A stretch of DNA of 64,000 nucleotides. Origin: Pseudogymnoascus verrucosus. Its lineage: Eukaryota. Made by a program: the position numbers and the translations under genes. How positions within the stretch are numbered: the first letter of the stretch is position 1; each line of letters opens with the position of its first letter. The notes under the pieces were generated by a model. That model had not been told where the DNA came from. It ran no database searches and was given only the letters and a program-made list of their open reading frames with translations. The stretch lies in the NCBI GenBank assembly GCA_001662655.1, contig KV460219.1. The stretch is one strand, 5' to 3'. Shown piece by piece: positions 11,590 through 23,600 of this stretch.

Positions 11590-14500
11590 TCACACGCCAA
11601 CCTCGCCCTCCCCATCAACAGAGCACCGAAAACAAAACCCCCTCCCACATTTATATCCGCTCTCCCCGCACCTCCTCCACGCCCCACCTGGCGTCTGCAT
11701 CAGGTCTCCATCCTCACTCTTCACTTCATTACTCCCTCCTACTCTGCCTCGCCGGGACGGTGTCCCCATCACTGACGTACCCGCGCCATCAACCTTAGGA
11801 GTCGAAAGATTTGACATCCCATCCCCTAATCCCCTACTGCGCCGAGACAAAATGTGGGTAACATCCTCAACCCCGTCTTCATCCTCACCCTCATCATCAT
11901 CAAGCCGCAAAGGTGACCGCACTGCCAGCCTTGAAAGCGGCGTCATAGACCCTCGCGAGCGCACCGATCCTTTCCCCGACCGAGACACGAAGCGGGGTCT
12001 ACTCGTGGATCTCTCCATCCGATTCCGTTGGGAAGTGGGCGTAACTGATAACCTTAGCAAAGACGCCTGGCTGCGTCGCGGCGTTGATTCATGCACTACG
12101 CTCCGTTTCGGGGTAGCTTTTGAGGCGGAGGAGATAGTGAGGGTGTTTGGCGGGGTAGGGGTGCGAGCGGCTGGGGAAGTGAGAGGTGAGGAGCTGTCGG
12201 GTTGTGTGATTACGACGCGAAGGCCGCTGCCGGATGTAGCTGGTTGTGGTGGTGTAGGAAGGCGTGGTGGGCTGCGTGGGAGAGAGTAGATATCACCTAA
12301 GCCACAGCCAATCTCTGGTTCGTCTTTAATTTCCACAGAAGTCGTGACAGCATCGAGCTGTTCGGCAGGTGATGTCTTTGCGGGAGCGTCTTGAGGTGGG
12401 ACATCCGGCTCTTGTGATGGTGGTGTTATCAAAGGTGCCTGGTCGCTCAGGGGTTGAGGCTGGGGAGACTCGGCTGTCGCAGAAGAGGCCTGGGGATTCG
12501 GCGCGTCGGTCCGTGGAACTACAGGCGCAGCTTCATCCTCTTCGTCGGAGAACATATAAGAAGGATCAAGAGCATCAGGACTCAACGGTACCATTGGCTC
12601 CATAACTTGATCCTGCTTCGCCTGGCTCGTACTTGGTGACATCAGATCTTGAGACGACTGAGAATTTGGGATTACCCTCGAGCGGAGAAATCGACCAGCG
12701 TGGATAATTTCCGGGTTGTGGTTCTGTTCGCTTCTATTCTCGGGAAGCTCAACCATTTGGTCTTCTCCCTCCACGGTTGTTGTCGAGTTCGGCGAGATAT
12801 AATCCGATGCACCCTGGAGAAGTTTTGAGAAGTCGAAGGAATCCCCTGCCTCAGAAAGAGGACCAGTGACATTGTTACTTTCGTCATCCCCTGCCTCGGA
12901 AAGGGGACCAGTGCCATTGTTACTTTGGTCATCATCCTCTCGCTCAAAAAGAGGATCACTGTCATCATTACCTTGGTCGTTGCCCATTCCATCCTGACTT
13001 TGTTCGGTCTCATCATGATCCAGCTCTAGCAATTGACCCGTCGTCTCTAGATGCTTTATTCGCCTCTCCCTCCACTCTATGCTCCGTGCCTCGATCTTAT
13101 TGATCTGGTCGGGGTCTGGCGTTGGTAATGAAACTCCTTGCTCTTCCACCGTTCTCAATTGGCTGTTTTTCTTTCGCTCTTTTCCTTGCAGCTTCTTACA
13201 TGCTTCCCAGTACGTCATCCCCGCATACTCTGGCTCTTGCCACCAATGCCCGATCTTTTTGAACCTCCAGATCCTAAATTGGTGCCTATACTGCCAATTA
13301 CTAAGCAAGGTTAGAGTGGCGCTTTCGGGGGTGCTATAAATTGGATGCTATTTACTTCTCTGTGAACTTGTGTTGAAGTTCCATAATACCCATCACTTTG
13401 GCTAGGGGGTATCCGTCTACTACGTATAGCTTATGGAGAATTTCTTTGAATGGCGCAAAGCGTGCCGCTGTACCAGAACGGGACTTTAGGGCAGCTTCTT
13501 TCGATTTCGGCGTACCTTCGACAGAACTCCCATCTCCCAGAGGTTTAGACTGTTTCTTCAGAGGACCGGATCTGTTCTGGAACGCCCACATAGTTTTAGC
13601 AAAGTTATGCTCACTGAATGGCGGACCCCCAGTAGTTCGGTCCAATCTAAGCGCGCGAATGGTTGCGCCACTGTCTGTTGGAGGATCTGACTCTACGGTC
13701 GAATCTTTCGGCGCGTCTTGGCCAGCCATCCCCGGCTCAAGAAATGGGTGCTGGCCCCCATTTCGGTCATACAACCTGCGGTAACGCTGCCTGTAAGCCG
13801 TGCCACTATGTCTGGGGTTCTGAAAACACGATTAGCAAATTAACCTCGATTTAGGCAACAAAACCGACCTTTTTGCTGAGCAACTCCCAGTGCTCTTCGG
13901 CCCAGAGAGGATACTCCGTCTCGGTGTGGACCTTCTTGCACCATTCCACAATCTGTTCGTCTTCTTCCTTTGTGTACTTGTTCCTCGGGAGAACCATTTC
14001 ACTTAATCCGGGCCTTTTGTTCTTCCGTTTTACTAGTATAGAATAACGAGAAATTCCGACCTCAGAATCTCTAGCATCACCAGAGTTACCAGGCTCATTG
14101 TCGATGAACGGGTGATCATCTGCATTCTGGCCTTCACTCTCAGATACCAAATCCTGCTGTGGGTTCTGTGGCGCATCAACCTGGGCACTCTTTGGTGGGA
14201 GAGCTGCTTGTGCAGACACACTCGATCTCGTAATCTTCTCCTTCGAAATAACCGTTCTATCTCGCACAACCGTCTCGCTTTCCCCAGCTGGCTCCTTATT
14301 TATCATCTCAGCCTTGCGCCTTCTACGCCGTCGCTTCTTCTCGGGAGCCCACAGCGAGTCTTCATTTGGCGAGGGCGAGCGTTCGGTGTCTGGTTGCAGG
14401 ATCATGGATTTGAGAATTGGCCTTTTTCCTGCCGTTGCTGCTGGTAGGGCTGGGGTGCGCCATTTCGGATCAATGCTTCCTTCGTCGACAGATTTTTGCC

Positions 14501-15452
14501 TCGACACGTATTCGACGATTCGCGGGCCAAGCTCCTGGCCAAACTGCGAAACGATGTCTGGTTCTAATGTGTCGGCGGCGCCAGTGCTCCATAGTCGTTG
14601 TCTTGGAAGGGGTTTCGGCGTGTGGAACCTAGACTGTGGTTTCTGTTGAGATGGCTTGTGAAGGGGTGGCCTGGGAGGCGGTGCCATCGACTTCGCAGGG
14701 ATAACGCCACTGTTTTGGTATAGTATATCATCATCATCGCTCTCATCTTCATCAATAGGAATCAGCTTGCTCGTATCCCCATCATACTCGTTCTCGTCCT
14801 CTTCCGTGCCAGCTTCTTGTCCAAACTCTGGTTCCTGGGTGAAAGCTCGCAGCATTTGTCTTCCGCGCACATGATAGTCCGTGTCTGTATCTTCGTCGCC
14901 CTCATCCGTAGCGTTAGAATCCTCTACATCCTCCTGCGGGAGCCGTGCGTGCTCAGGCTCCTCAGTGAATGCCCTCAACATCCCCCTCCCCCTGACTTCA
15001 CCAGCATCAGTCTCAGCATGCATTTCCGCGACATGCCCGTTATCCACTATGATCTCGCCAGTGCGCAAATCGATTTCGTCTCCGACTCCAGTAAAATCCT
15101 TGCCGTACTTCTCAAATATGGCCTCGAATGTCGATTTCAGCTTGTTATCGAGCTTCTGCCTCGTCGCTTGTAGGTCGGCTTCTGGCGCTTCCTCTTCGTA
15201 GTATTCCTCTCCAGACTCTTCGTCGTCGTCAAACTGATCGTCTCCAAAGTTGGCAGGGCCTTGTCGCGCATTAACTGCCCCGTATAACTTGGTGGAGTCA
15301 TTATTGCGGTTGTAAGTCGCGCCATTGCTCGGATTGAGAGGTTGTCGCAAGGTGGCGGGGTCGTAGGATCTGCTAAGGCCATCATAACCCGGGCTGTGTC
15401 GCTGCAGTCCTCGCGTCTCCGATATCCTTTGTCTCTTGAAGGAAGGCTCCAT
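11590..15452 (-). CDS. scm3: Scm3 (CENP-A chaperone) domain protein with Myb-like and Clr5-like domains; introns ~13868-13820 and ~13355-13301
   Basis: LKSTFEAIFEKYGKDFTGVGDEIDLRTGEIIVDNGH is the Scm3 motif. YTKEEDEQI..HWELLSKKNPRHSGTAYRQRY is Myb-like. FKEILHKLYVVDGYPLAKVMGIMELQHKF..QYRHQFRIWRFKK is Clr5-like. C-terminal TPGGAWRRCGESGYKCGRGFCFRC. Confidence 0.8.
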
Positions 15453-15631
15453 TATGTTGGTCCATTGAATTAGTTCTATATCGGAATGGCGTATCGTGTT
15501 CTGTTGGAGCACATACGTTGGCGCTTTGTTCGGTTGGGAGACGCGATTTTGAAAGTGTCCAAGCTCCCCACGCGTAAAGTGCAACGCGCATAACTCGCAT
15601 AAATAAGCTAGCCACCCCCCACATTAAAGAC

Positions 15632-15730
15632 AGCTGCATAACATTCGAGTGGTCCCTGATCCACAAATTCCTCAAGGTTTACAGTATCCAACCTCACCAA
15701 AACTACTACCATTTACTATAATATTATAAA
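15632..15730 (+). repeat. Degenerate direct-repeat copy of the ATG6 upstream segment (partner at 17808-17913)
   Basis: GCTGCATAACA..CCTGATCCACAAATTCCTCAAGGTT..ATCCAACCTCACC matches 17808-17870; TTTACTATAATATTATAAA vs TCTGCTATGATGTTATGAA differs only by C>T/G>A. Confidence 0.8.
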
Positions 15731-15926
15731 TATAATTAACCTAGTGTTTTATAGTAGGGAAATAGTAGAGAACAAGAGAGGAGAACAGAGAGGGAGGATT
15801 TTAAAGAGCGTATTAGTTACAGCTAGAGGGGCTGGAGGCTATTAAAGGGACATGAGAGACCAAGGGGCATTAAAGGCGCATTGTAAAACGGCGCAAAGTA
15901 TATGATGAAACTATAGGGGTATATAT

Positions 15927-17274
15927 CTAAGCAGAATGTGAACCTTGCGGGTTCGAATTAGGTGGTACAATAGGCGCCCACATCTCCTGCATCTGTGGTT
16001 GGAACTGCCACTGCCCTTGAATGTGTTGCGGAGGTGGTGCCGATGAGGGAGCTTCTGAGAGCTCTGGGACCCTGTGTTGGCTGTGCAACTGAGATATTGC
16101 TTGGTTTTGAAGCTCTAGTGGGCCCTGTGCTACCGTCTGCCCTTGAAGTTCGGGTGGGCCTTGTACGATTGCTTGATTTTGAAGCTCTAGTGGGCCTTGT
16201 GCAACTGCCTGGCCTTGAAGTTCAGGTGGTCCTTGTATAATTGCCTGATTTTGAAGCTCGGATGGACCGTGTACGATTGCTTGGTTTTGAAGCTCGGGTG
16301 GTCTATATCCGAGCAGTGGCTGAATGACGCCTTTGTCGGGTATGCCACCTAGAATAGGACCAGCTCCTCCGCCATTGTTGTATGGACCAGATTGTTGGGG
16401 GTTGTATGGGGGTAGAGGGGGGTTGTTTCGTCTCTGGTTGCGGGCGCGGATGACCATCCATATCGCAAAGGCTGCGATGATGCATAGTAGGGCCAAACCG
16501 CCAATTACTCCCCCGACAATGGCACCAACTGGGGTAGAAGAGCTAGACGATGATGAAGTATCTGAAGACGTCTGGGCTGGGTTGGAATTGGTCTCTGTTG
16601 GCGGCTGGGTGCCCGTTGGCGAGGCGCTGTTTGTCTCTGTAGTCGACGTGGCCGTCGGAATCACCTCGTTCGCCCTGATACGAACTTGAATCGGATATAC
16701 AGCTTGCCAGGACGATGGAAGCCCCGAAGCTGGCGTCCACGAGGAGGTGGAGAGAGTCTTTTGGTCGAATATGTTATCAACCACTATCACGGTTGTTGGT
16801 GTCGAGAGGAGACTCTGACAATACTGAAAGAAGCCGCCTTCACCCACAGTATTTGGGCAGTTATAGTCTGTACGACTGAGTGAGCAGCCATATTTAGATT
16901 TGCCAGTCGGGGACTCAGATGCACTTACTGGTTGGACAGCAGAAAGCAATGGTCTCGCCAGGAGCAGAGCTCAGGGCTGATGGGGCCGGTGGACCACTAC
17001 ATGAGCGGTATTGCGATGGACATACGCCCGGGGAGTAGTAGCTCGTCATCCACGCCCATGGCTCGGTGTAGACATTGCCAGATGGGCAACAGGTTTTTGC
17101 AGCGCAGCCTTGTGTCATCTGCGTCCATGGCATCCCCAGGCCAGGTGTATTGAAGTTCCAGAAGTTATTGAGGCAATCGCTTGGAAAGGCAGTAGTAGGC
17201 AGTGGGCCTAGATTTGTCGAGGTCGTCCATGAGGGGATGGTGATCTTGTTTCCACCAGCGGTGATGGTTGTCAT
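15927..17274 (-). CDS. Single-pass membrane protein with Cys-rich ectodomain and cytoplasmic 12-aa repeats; intron 16928-16868
   Basis: PLPTTAFPSDC..CCPSG..YYSPGVCPS..ETIAFCCP; S/T stalk; TM GAIVGGVIGGLALLCIIAAFAIWMVI; six PxELQ(N/G)Q-type repeats. Confidence 0.8.
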
Positions 17275-17946
17275 TGTTTGCGTCTCCTGATGGCCCTTAG
17301 GCCAACCCCTAAATAGCTGCGAAGGTATTCAGCGTAGATGCTTGTAATCAAATTATCATTCCAAATATTTCTCCGCTTCAATACTAGATGCTGTTAGAGC
17401 GCGTTCTTTATCGTGGTGTCGCGCGGTCGATATATCTTCGCCAGAACGAGGAAAAGGAGGATCGCTCCACGAAGTGAGTGTTTGATTGGCGCGCAATTTC
17501 GATCTGCATGGCTTATGGGCTCTAAAACTGGTCACTGCATCGCTCACATAACTCTCATATAACGCAGCTGCTTCACGCACATTCGCAAATGTTCACTAGT
17601 ATATACTTTCACTATAATGCACACAGCTATATCCGCTGTCTTACAAGTGCGTCTCTTATACCACGTTTATCCCAACTGAGGGAGCAGCGAGAGACAAAAA
17701 ACGAGGGTCGCCGACTTTCAGGGTCGATTGGGGGGGAGATGTTTGTAATTGGGTGGGGAAGGACAAGGCTCCGGCAGTGACGCGCCAAGACCTCTCAGAC
17801 AGCAAGGCTGCATAACACGCCACTAGTCCTGATCCATAAATTCCTCAAGGTTACGACATCCAACCTCACCTTCAGCCACCTCCACCTCTCACCTTCTGCT
17901 ATGATGTTATGAAGCTACCAACAAACTCAACCATCTCCATCTCACG

Positions 17947-19329
17947 ATGAACTGCCAAAAATGCCGGGCCCCGCTGAAGCTCGACAGCTCGCTGGAGAGC
18001 CTCAACCCCGCCGCCTTCAACCTGCTCGTCGGTATGTCTCCCCTCCATCCCCCACCTCTCCATCTTCCACTAACCCCCCCAGGCTCAGCCCACGAACCCC
18101 CCAAAGCCCTCCCACCATCTAGACCCGCCTACCCCCCGGAGCGCAAAGCCCTCTACGACGCCGCCTCCCGCTCCGACGCCCCCGCAACCTACAAACGCAC
18201 CACCCCCACCAACCCGGGAATGTCCTTCGTCCTCCTCTCCTCCTCGGAAGCCGCCCCCCCCGCCCTCTCCCCTCCCTCCACCAAACGTTCTTCCTCCCCC
18301 ACCTCCCCAACCACGCCCCCTACAAGCACCTCCCACGAAACCGAGCGCGCAAACCGGCTCTTCGCCCTCCTCTCCGCCCGCTCCGACATCGACCACCCCA
18401 TCTGCACAGAATGCACCTCCCTCCTCCTCAGCTCGCTCTCCGCGCGCCTCTCCGCCTCCCTCCGCGAGCGCGACGCTTACACCGCATTCCTCACGCACCT
18501 GCACCAAACAGCACCCACGCCCTCCTCCCTCGCCGCAGCCGAAACCTCCCTCTCCTCCGCCCGCGACGCCGAAGAAGCAGCCACCTCCTCTCTACTGTCT
18601 CTCGAACGCACACAAACCGTTCTAGCGGCCGAACTCGCCTCGCTCTCTGAATCCGCTGCGAGTCTAGACGCTGCTGAAGCGGAGTTCTGGCACTCGCATA
18701 ATACTTTCTCTACCAACCTCGCCGCGGCGCAGGGAACGCACGCTTCGCTCTCCGCGGCTGCTACACATGATGCGCGTCTCCTAGACCTCTTGCAGCGCAC
18801 AAACGTGCATAACGACTCCTTCCCCATCTCTCACGACGGGACGTTCGGGACGATAGCGGGGTTACGGCTCGGTCGCCTCGCGGCGCATCCGGTGGATTGG
18901 CCGGAGATCAACGCAGCGTGGGGACATACGCTGCTTCTTCTTGCGACGGTGGCGAAGGCGCTGGATGTCAAGGTTCAGGGGTATGAGATGCAGCCTCTCG
19001 GTTCTACGTCGAGGATTGTGGCTATGAGGGGGGGGAGGAAGGTTGTGCTGGAGCTGTATACGAGTGGAGATTTGCCGCTGGGATTGACGTTTTTGCATCG
19101 GCGGTTTGATGCGGCGATGGTGGCGTTTTTGGCGTGTTTGAAGCAGGTTGGGGAGGGGGTGGGGGGGAGGGCGATGCCGTATAAGATTGACGGGGATAAG
19201 ATTGGGGGGGAGTGTATTAGGCTTGGGGTGGCGCAGGATGATGGGTGGAGTAGTGCGTGTAAGTATGTGCTTACTTGTTGTAAGTTTTTGTTGGCACATG
19301 TTAGTAATGCTGGGTTGGGGAGGAGGTAG
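17947..19329 (+). CDS. atg6: Autophagy protein Atg6/Vps30/Beclin-1; probable in-frame intron 18032-18082
   Basis: MNCQKCRAPL start, SDIDHPICTEC, coiled coil, LQRTNVHNDSFPISHDGTFGTIAGLRLGRL..VDWPEINAAWG, WSSACKYVLTCCKFLLAH. Confidence 0.95.
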   Translation: MNCQKCRAPLKLDSSLESLNPAAFNLLVGMSPLHPPPLHLPLTPPGSAHEPPKALPPSRPAYPPERKALYDAASRSDAPATYKRTTPTNPGMSFVLLSSSEAAPPALSPPSTKRSSSPTSPTTPPTSTSHETERANRLFALLSARSDIDHPICTECTSLLLSSLSARLSASLRERDAYTAFLTHLHQTAPTPSSLAAAETSLSSARDAEEAATSSLLSLERTQTVLAAELASLSESAASLDAAEAEFWHSHNTFSTNLAAAQGTHASLSAAATHDARLLDLLQRTNVHNDSFPISHDGTFGTIAGLRLGRLAAHPVDWPEINAAWGHTLLLLATVAKALDVKVQGYEMQPLGSTSRIVAMRGGRKVVLELYTSGDLPLGLTFLHRRFDAAMVAFLACLKQVGEGVGGRAMPYKIDGDKIGGECIRLGVAQDDGWSSACKYVLTCCKFLLAHVSNAGLGRR

Positions 19330-19579
19330 GGAGAGGCTGTTGGGGGAGTGGTTATGATTTTGGGGTTGGAGGTTGGCGTTGGGGGAGGGGGGGGTTGGTT
19401 ATTAGAAGTGCATACGTCTGTTCTAGAGCGTCGTGAGCATTGAGTAAACGCATTACTTGCAGCAGAGAAACCACATGCGACGTGCCTCCATAGATAGCGT
19501 GGCTCCTCCTCTAGTAGCAGATGCGTTCAGTTCGGAGCCTGTCCAAAATTGACCTAGTCAGACTTTAGACACGACGACG

Positions 19580-20400
19580 GTTATCTGCTCGGTATACTCA
19601 TTCGTAACCCAAATGCAGGGTACAATTCCATGGCCTGCTCGTAACACTGCCCCGAAGAATCCCTGGACAACGTGTCGGCACCAAGTCGGCTATAACAATA
19701 TTATTCGGGCTAGACAACATCCTCTCTAGCAGACTCGTCGATATTCGGCCAACTGTAGAGCGTTTTTAGCCACTCCTCGTACTTCTACGGATCAGGCACC
19801 GTCTCGCCGGCATAGGTTCGCGGGTGAAGAGTGAATGGTATCTCTATAACGTCAAAGCGAACAGGAGTAAGTTGCCGACGAGGCGGCCCATAATTCCGCA
19901 CTCGTCCGCACGCAATATAGAACGTCAGATCCTCTAGAGTCGATCTTGGTACTTCGCCACGTCGAATCGTTCTAGAGCTTTCCACGTGTCGGAGATTTAT
20001 GATGGTTTCTGCACAATAAAAACGAGAGATTCATAAATAGCTTCGTAAACAGGAACACTACCTGGCTAGGAGAAATCCTGGCCTTTAGCCTCACCTTATC
20101 TGTTTCGCCCATAAAACATAGGTTGGCTGTTCTTCTACGACTCAAAAGAGACGGTGCCTTTTGTATGACGAAGGTGACATTTGCATCAGGCGTTCTGACC
20201 GGCAGAAACTTGGAGCTCTCAACAGGTTTCTGCAACTCGATCATGTCGAGCGGTATTTTAATTGGTGATGGCCTTAACTCTCTTTCGATCAAGATCGCAA
20301 CCTCAAGCTCTGGTAATGTTTCGCCACTTCCCTTCTCAGCGATATCGCCTATTGAATCGAAGGCAGCCGGGACCCGCTACTATAGAACGAAATACGGTAA
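19580..20400 (-). pseudogene. Degenerate gene of unknown function
   Basis: Coding-like frames joined by a GTAGTG..TGCAG intron-like segment, with several in-frame TAG/TAA stops (e.g. 19785). No recognisable motif. Confidence 0.35.
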
Positions 20401-20676
20401 TTGGTAAACAGCAAACCGGTATCAGTGGTTTAGTGGTATTAATCTATCGATGTCAGCTCGCCTTAAAACCCCCCAATGGCGGTGTACACTTTCCTGATTT
20501 TTTCCATTCTAAAATCTTAGAAAAGCAGCAACAAAGTCGAGCTGCATATCGAGTTGCATATCAAGATGGGGGAGACGTGATTGAAGCCCAAAAGTTAGTA
20601 TAGAATTTCAGATATTAGTGCTCCTAACCGCTTACTTTATCCAAACTAAACGTAGCTTACACTCTACAATAGGTTG

Positions 20677-23600
20677 TCAACCCATTGACGTCACATCCGC
20701 TTCTTTCTCAACTAGTAATTTCTTCGCGGCTCTCAACAGAAAGTCCAGCACAGCTTCTTGCCCTGTAAAAGATGGAGCCAATACCGCCGGACCTTCGAAC
20801 ATGCTCCCCAATTTAATTTTCGCCTCAATGTCCGCCCCATTCTTAAGCAGTATCTGCGCCGCAGCCTCGTCCCCAGTTGTAGCCGCCACGTATAGCGCTG
20901 TCACTCTAAGCCCGTCCCCTACTTCCATTGTCGTGTTAATATCTACCCCATTCCTAAGCAATAATTGTACTGCAGCCTCATTCTGAGCACGAGCTGCTAC
21001 AAATAGCGCTATTGTTCCAGGCGCAACCTTCCTGTTAATATTCGCTCTAATGTTCGCCTCATTCTTTAGCAGTAGCTGTACTACAGCTTCATGCCCATTT
21101 AAAGCTGCCGCTATTAGCGCAGTTTTTTGAAAAGGTCCATTATTTTGGATTCCTGCCTCTGCATATGCCCCTTTCTGAAGTAGTAGCCGCACCATATCCT
21201 CGTTCCCATTTGAAGCTGCTGAGTATAGCGCTGTCACCTTAGATCCATCTTTAAGTTAAGTCGCTCTGTTAATATCTGCTCCATTTTCAAGTAGCACCTG
21301 TACAATAGCCCTGTTCCTAGCCTCAATTGCCACAGATAGCGCAGTCGCTGAAAACCCACTTCGAATTTCAATCTTCGTCAATTTTCGCCCCCTTCCTCAG
21401 TAGCAGCTGCACTATAGCCACGTTTCCACCAATAGCTGCCATCATGAGCATTGTAAGTGTGAGCCCATCGAACTCGCACTTTGCCTGCCAATTTGCTTTG
21501 TTCTCAATTAGCAGCAGCGCAACATCTTTGTCCCCTTTTCCAACGGCCCAGACCAGCGCTGTCCCTCTAAAGTAGCCTAGTGTCTCGCTCTCGTCGTGAA
21601 CATTCGCACCTTTCTTAAGCAGCAGCTGTAAAACAGCTATGTGCCCCCTCGCAGCTGCGCAGAATAGCGCAGTCACTCTAGAACCTCTCTCTAGCTCACC
21701 CGTCAAGTTAATCTCGGCTCCATTTTCAAGCAGTAGACGCACTAAAGACTCGTGGCCCTGTGAAGCCGCAGCCCAAAGCGCTGTCCTTCCATAACTATCT
21801 CTTTTATTTATTCCACCCCAATTTTTAAAAATAAATGACAGCTTTTGAGTGTCGAATAGACCCTTCTTAGAAAGAATATTTTCGGCAAGTGACAGAATAC
21901 CGAACCACGAAGCTAGGTGCAATGGCGTAAATAAGTTAGGTGGTTCTCCTTTTCCTATAGCAACCCAGTATGTCCCTAACCAAGATTTAAAAGTTTGCGA
22001 CTTTTCATTGTAGAAGGGATGAAGCGGATTAACAACGTATTCCGAACGAGCTAAGGATTTTGCATGATGTTGCCAATATAACACAGCATATGAAAGCAAG
22101 GGAAAGGCTTTCAAATGTAAAGAATTTGAAGCAAGATCAACTTTGTCACCTATAAGAGCGCCGTTTTGTAGATCAGTGTTGCCCGAGTAGTACTCGCCGT
22201 GGATACTACTCGCCGAATACCCCGAGTACTACTCTACTCGGGTGATATTTTCGAGTACTGCCAAGCCCTTGGCAAAGAGGGGTAATAGATCGTAGAATAG
22301 AATAGATAATTGAAGCTTTTTTCCACTTGAGCGTTCTGTATTACTTCCTGTAATGAGTGACTCTTCGCTGTTGCTAGTGCTAGCTAAGTATTAATCTAAT
22401 ACTTTAGAGCTGCCGCCCCTTATTCTGATGCCCCTTATTTTAATGCTGCAAATTCCTATATAGCTTCAATTACCTAATACTACTTTAATACTCTTTTCTA
22501 AAGGACTATTCTACTATACTATATTAGATATAGTGCCTATTAGAATCTAATAATAATGCCTTTAAATTAATTATAGATATATGCTAAGCTAGCCCCTAAA
22601 GAACTAGACGACGAGCAATCTATAGAAGCATCTTAGGAATTAGCACCCATTAGTATACGTAGAATATGATAGAATATCTTTAACTTAAAGCTCATTAACA
22701 CCCTCTACTTCTACTTTCTTCTAGCCCTACTAAGCACCTAGTAACGCACTAAGTTTGTTAGAATATAGAGAGCTTGTTCTCTCTTTTATAGTATCAAATA
22801 ACCTATTTAGTGTTAGTGGTAATATTATCATAAAGAAACGGAACTAATTATCACCTTCTACACTTAGATATCTACTCTGCCTACAGAATTAGGGTGTTTT
22901 ATCATAAGGCGACGACGAAGACAGCAGCGGCGATGTAGATAATGTGAGTTAGAATAGTATATATATAGTGATATTTTAATTCCTACTCTATTTCTATTTA
23001 TATGCGAGTACTACTTGGGTATTCGAATACCAGTACTCGGATACCAGTATTCGAGCTTCAATTTTGAGTACTCTACTCCAGGATCCTCGAGTAGTACTCG
23101 GAGCGGTATTCGGGCAACACTGTTGTAGATAGTCAAAACACTTTTGAGCTATCTCTGAGTTTCTAACCTCTTCTTTGAGACGAAAAAATTCCAACTTAGC
23201 ATTTAAGTCAGGGGTTTTCCGAAGAAGGTAGTCCTTCGCTAATCGATGTATAAGGCGTACTTTGTCATTTGTGACTGTTAGGAAGTATCCGCAATGCGAG
23301 ACTTTGTCTCTCATGACTTCCTCGCGGCTAAACGACGCAGAAGGTTCAACCACAATATCAATTGCAGTACTGAGCTCTAAGAGAGATAATAGTCGAAAAG
23401 TCATAGTAACCCAAAGCAATATCTTAGCAGCGGTTTTTCGTCGATCCATTCTAATCTGAAGTAGCATACGTGCGTACAATTCTTCTAGCCCTAGTGGAAA
23501 ATGGTTTTTTAACGCCTCTTCGACTTCTGACCATGTGTATTTTGTCAACTGGTCTGCTACAATCCCTACCTAGAGGAATGTGCCGTTCGCGCGGGTTGCA

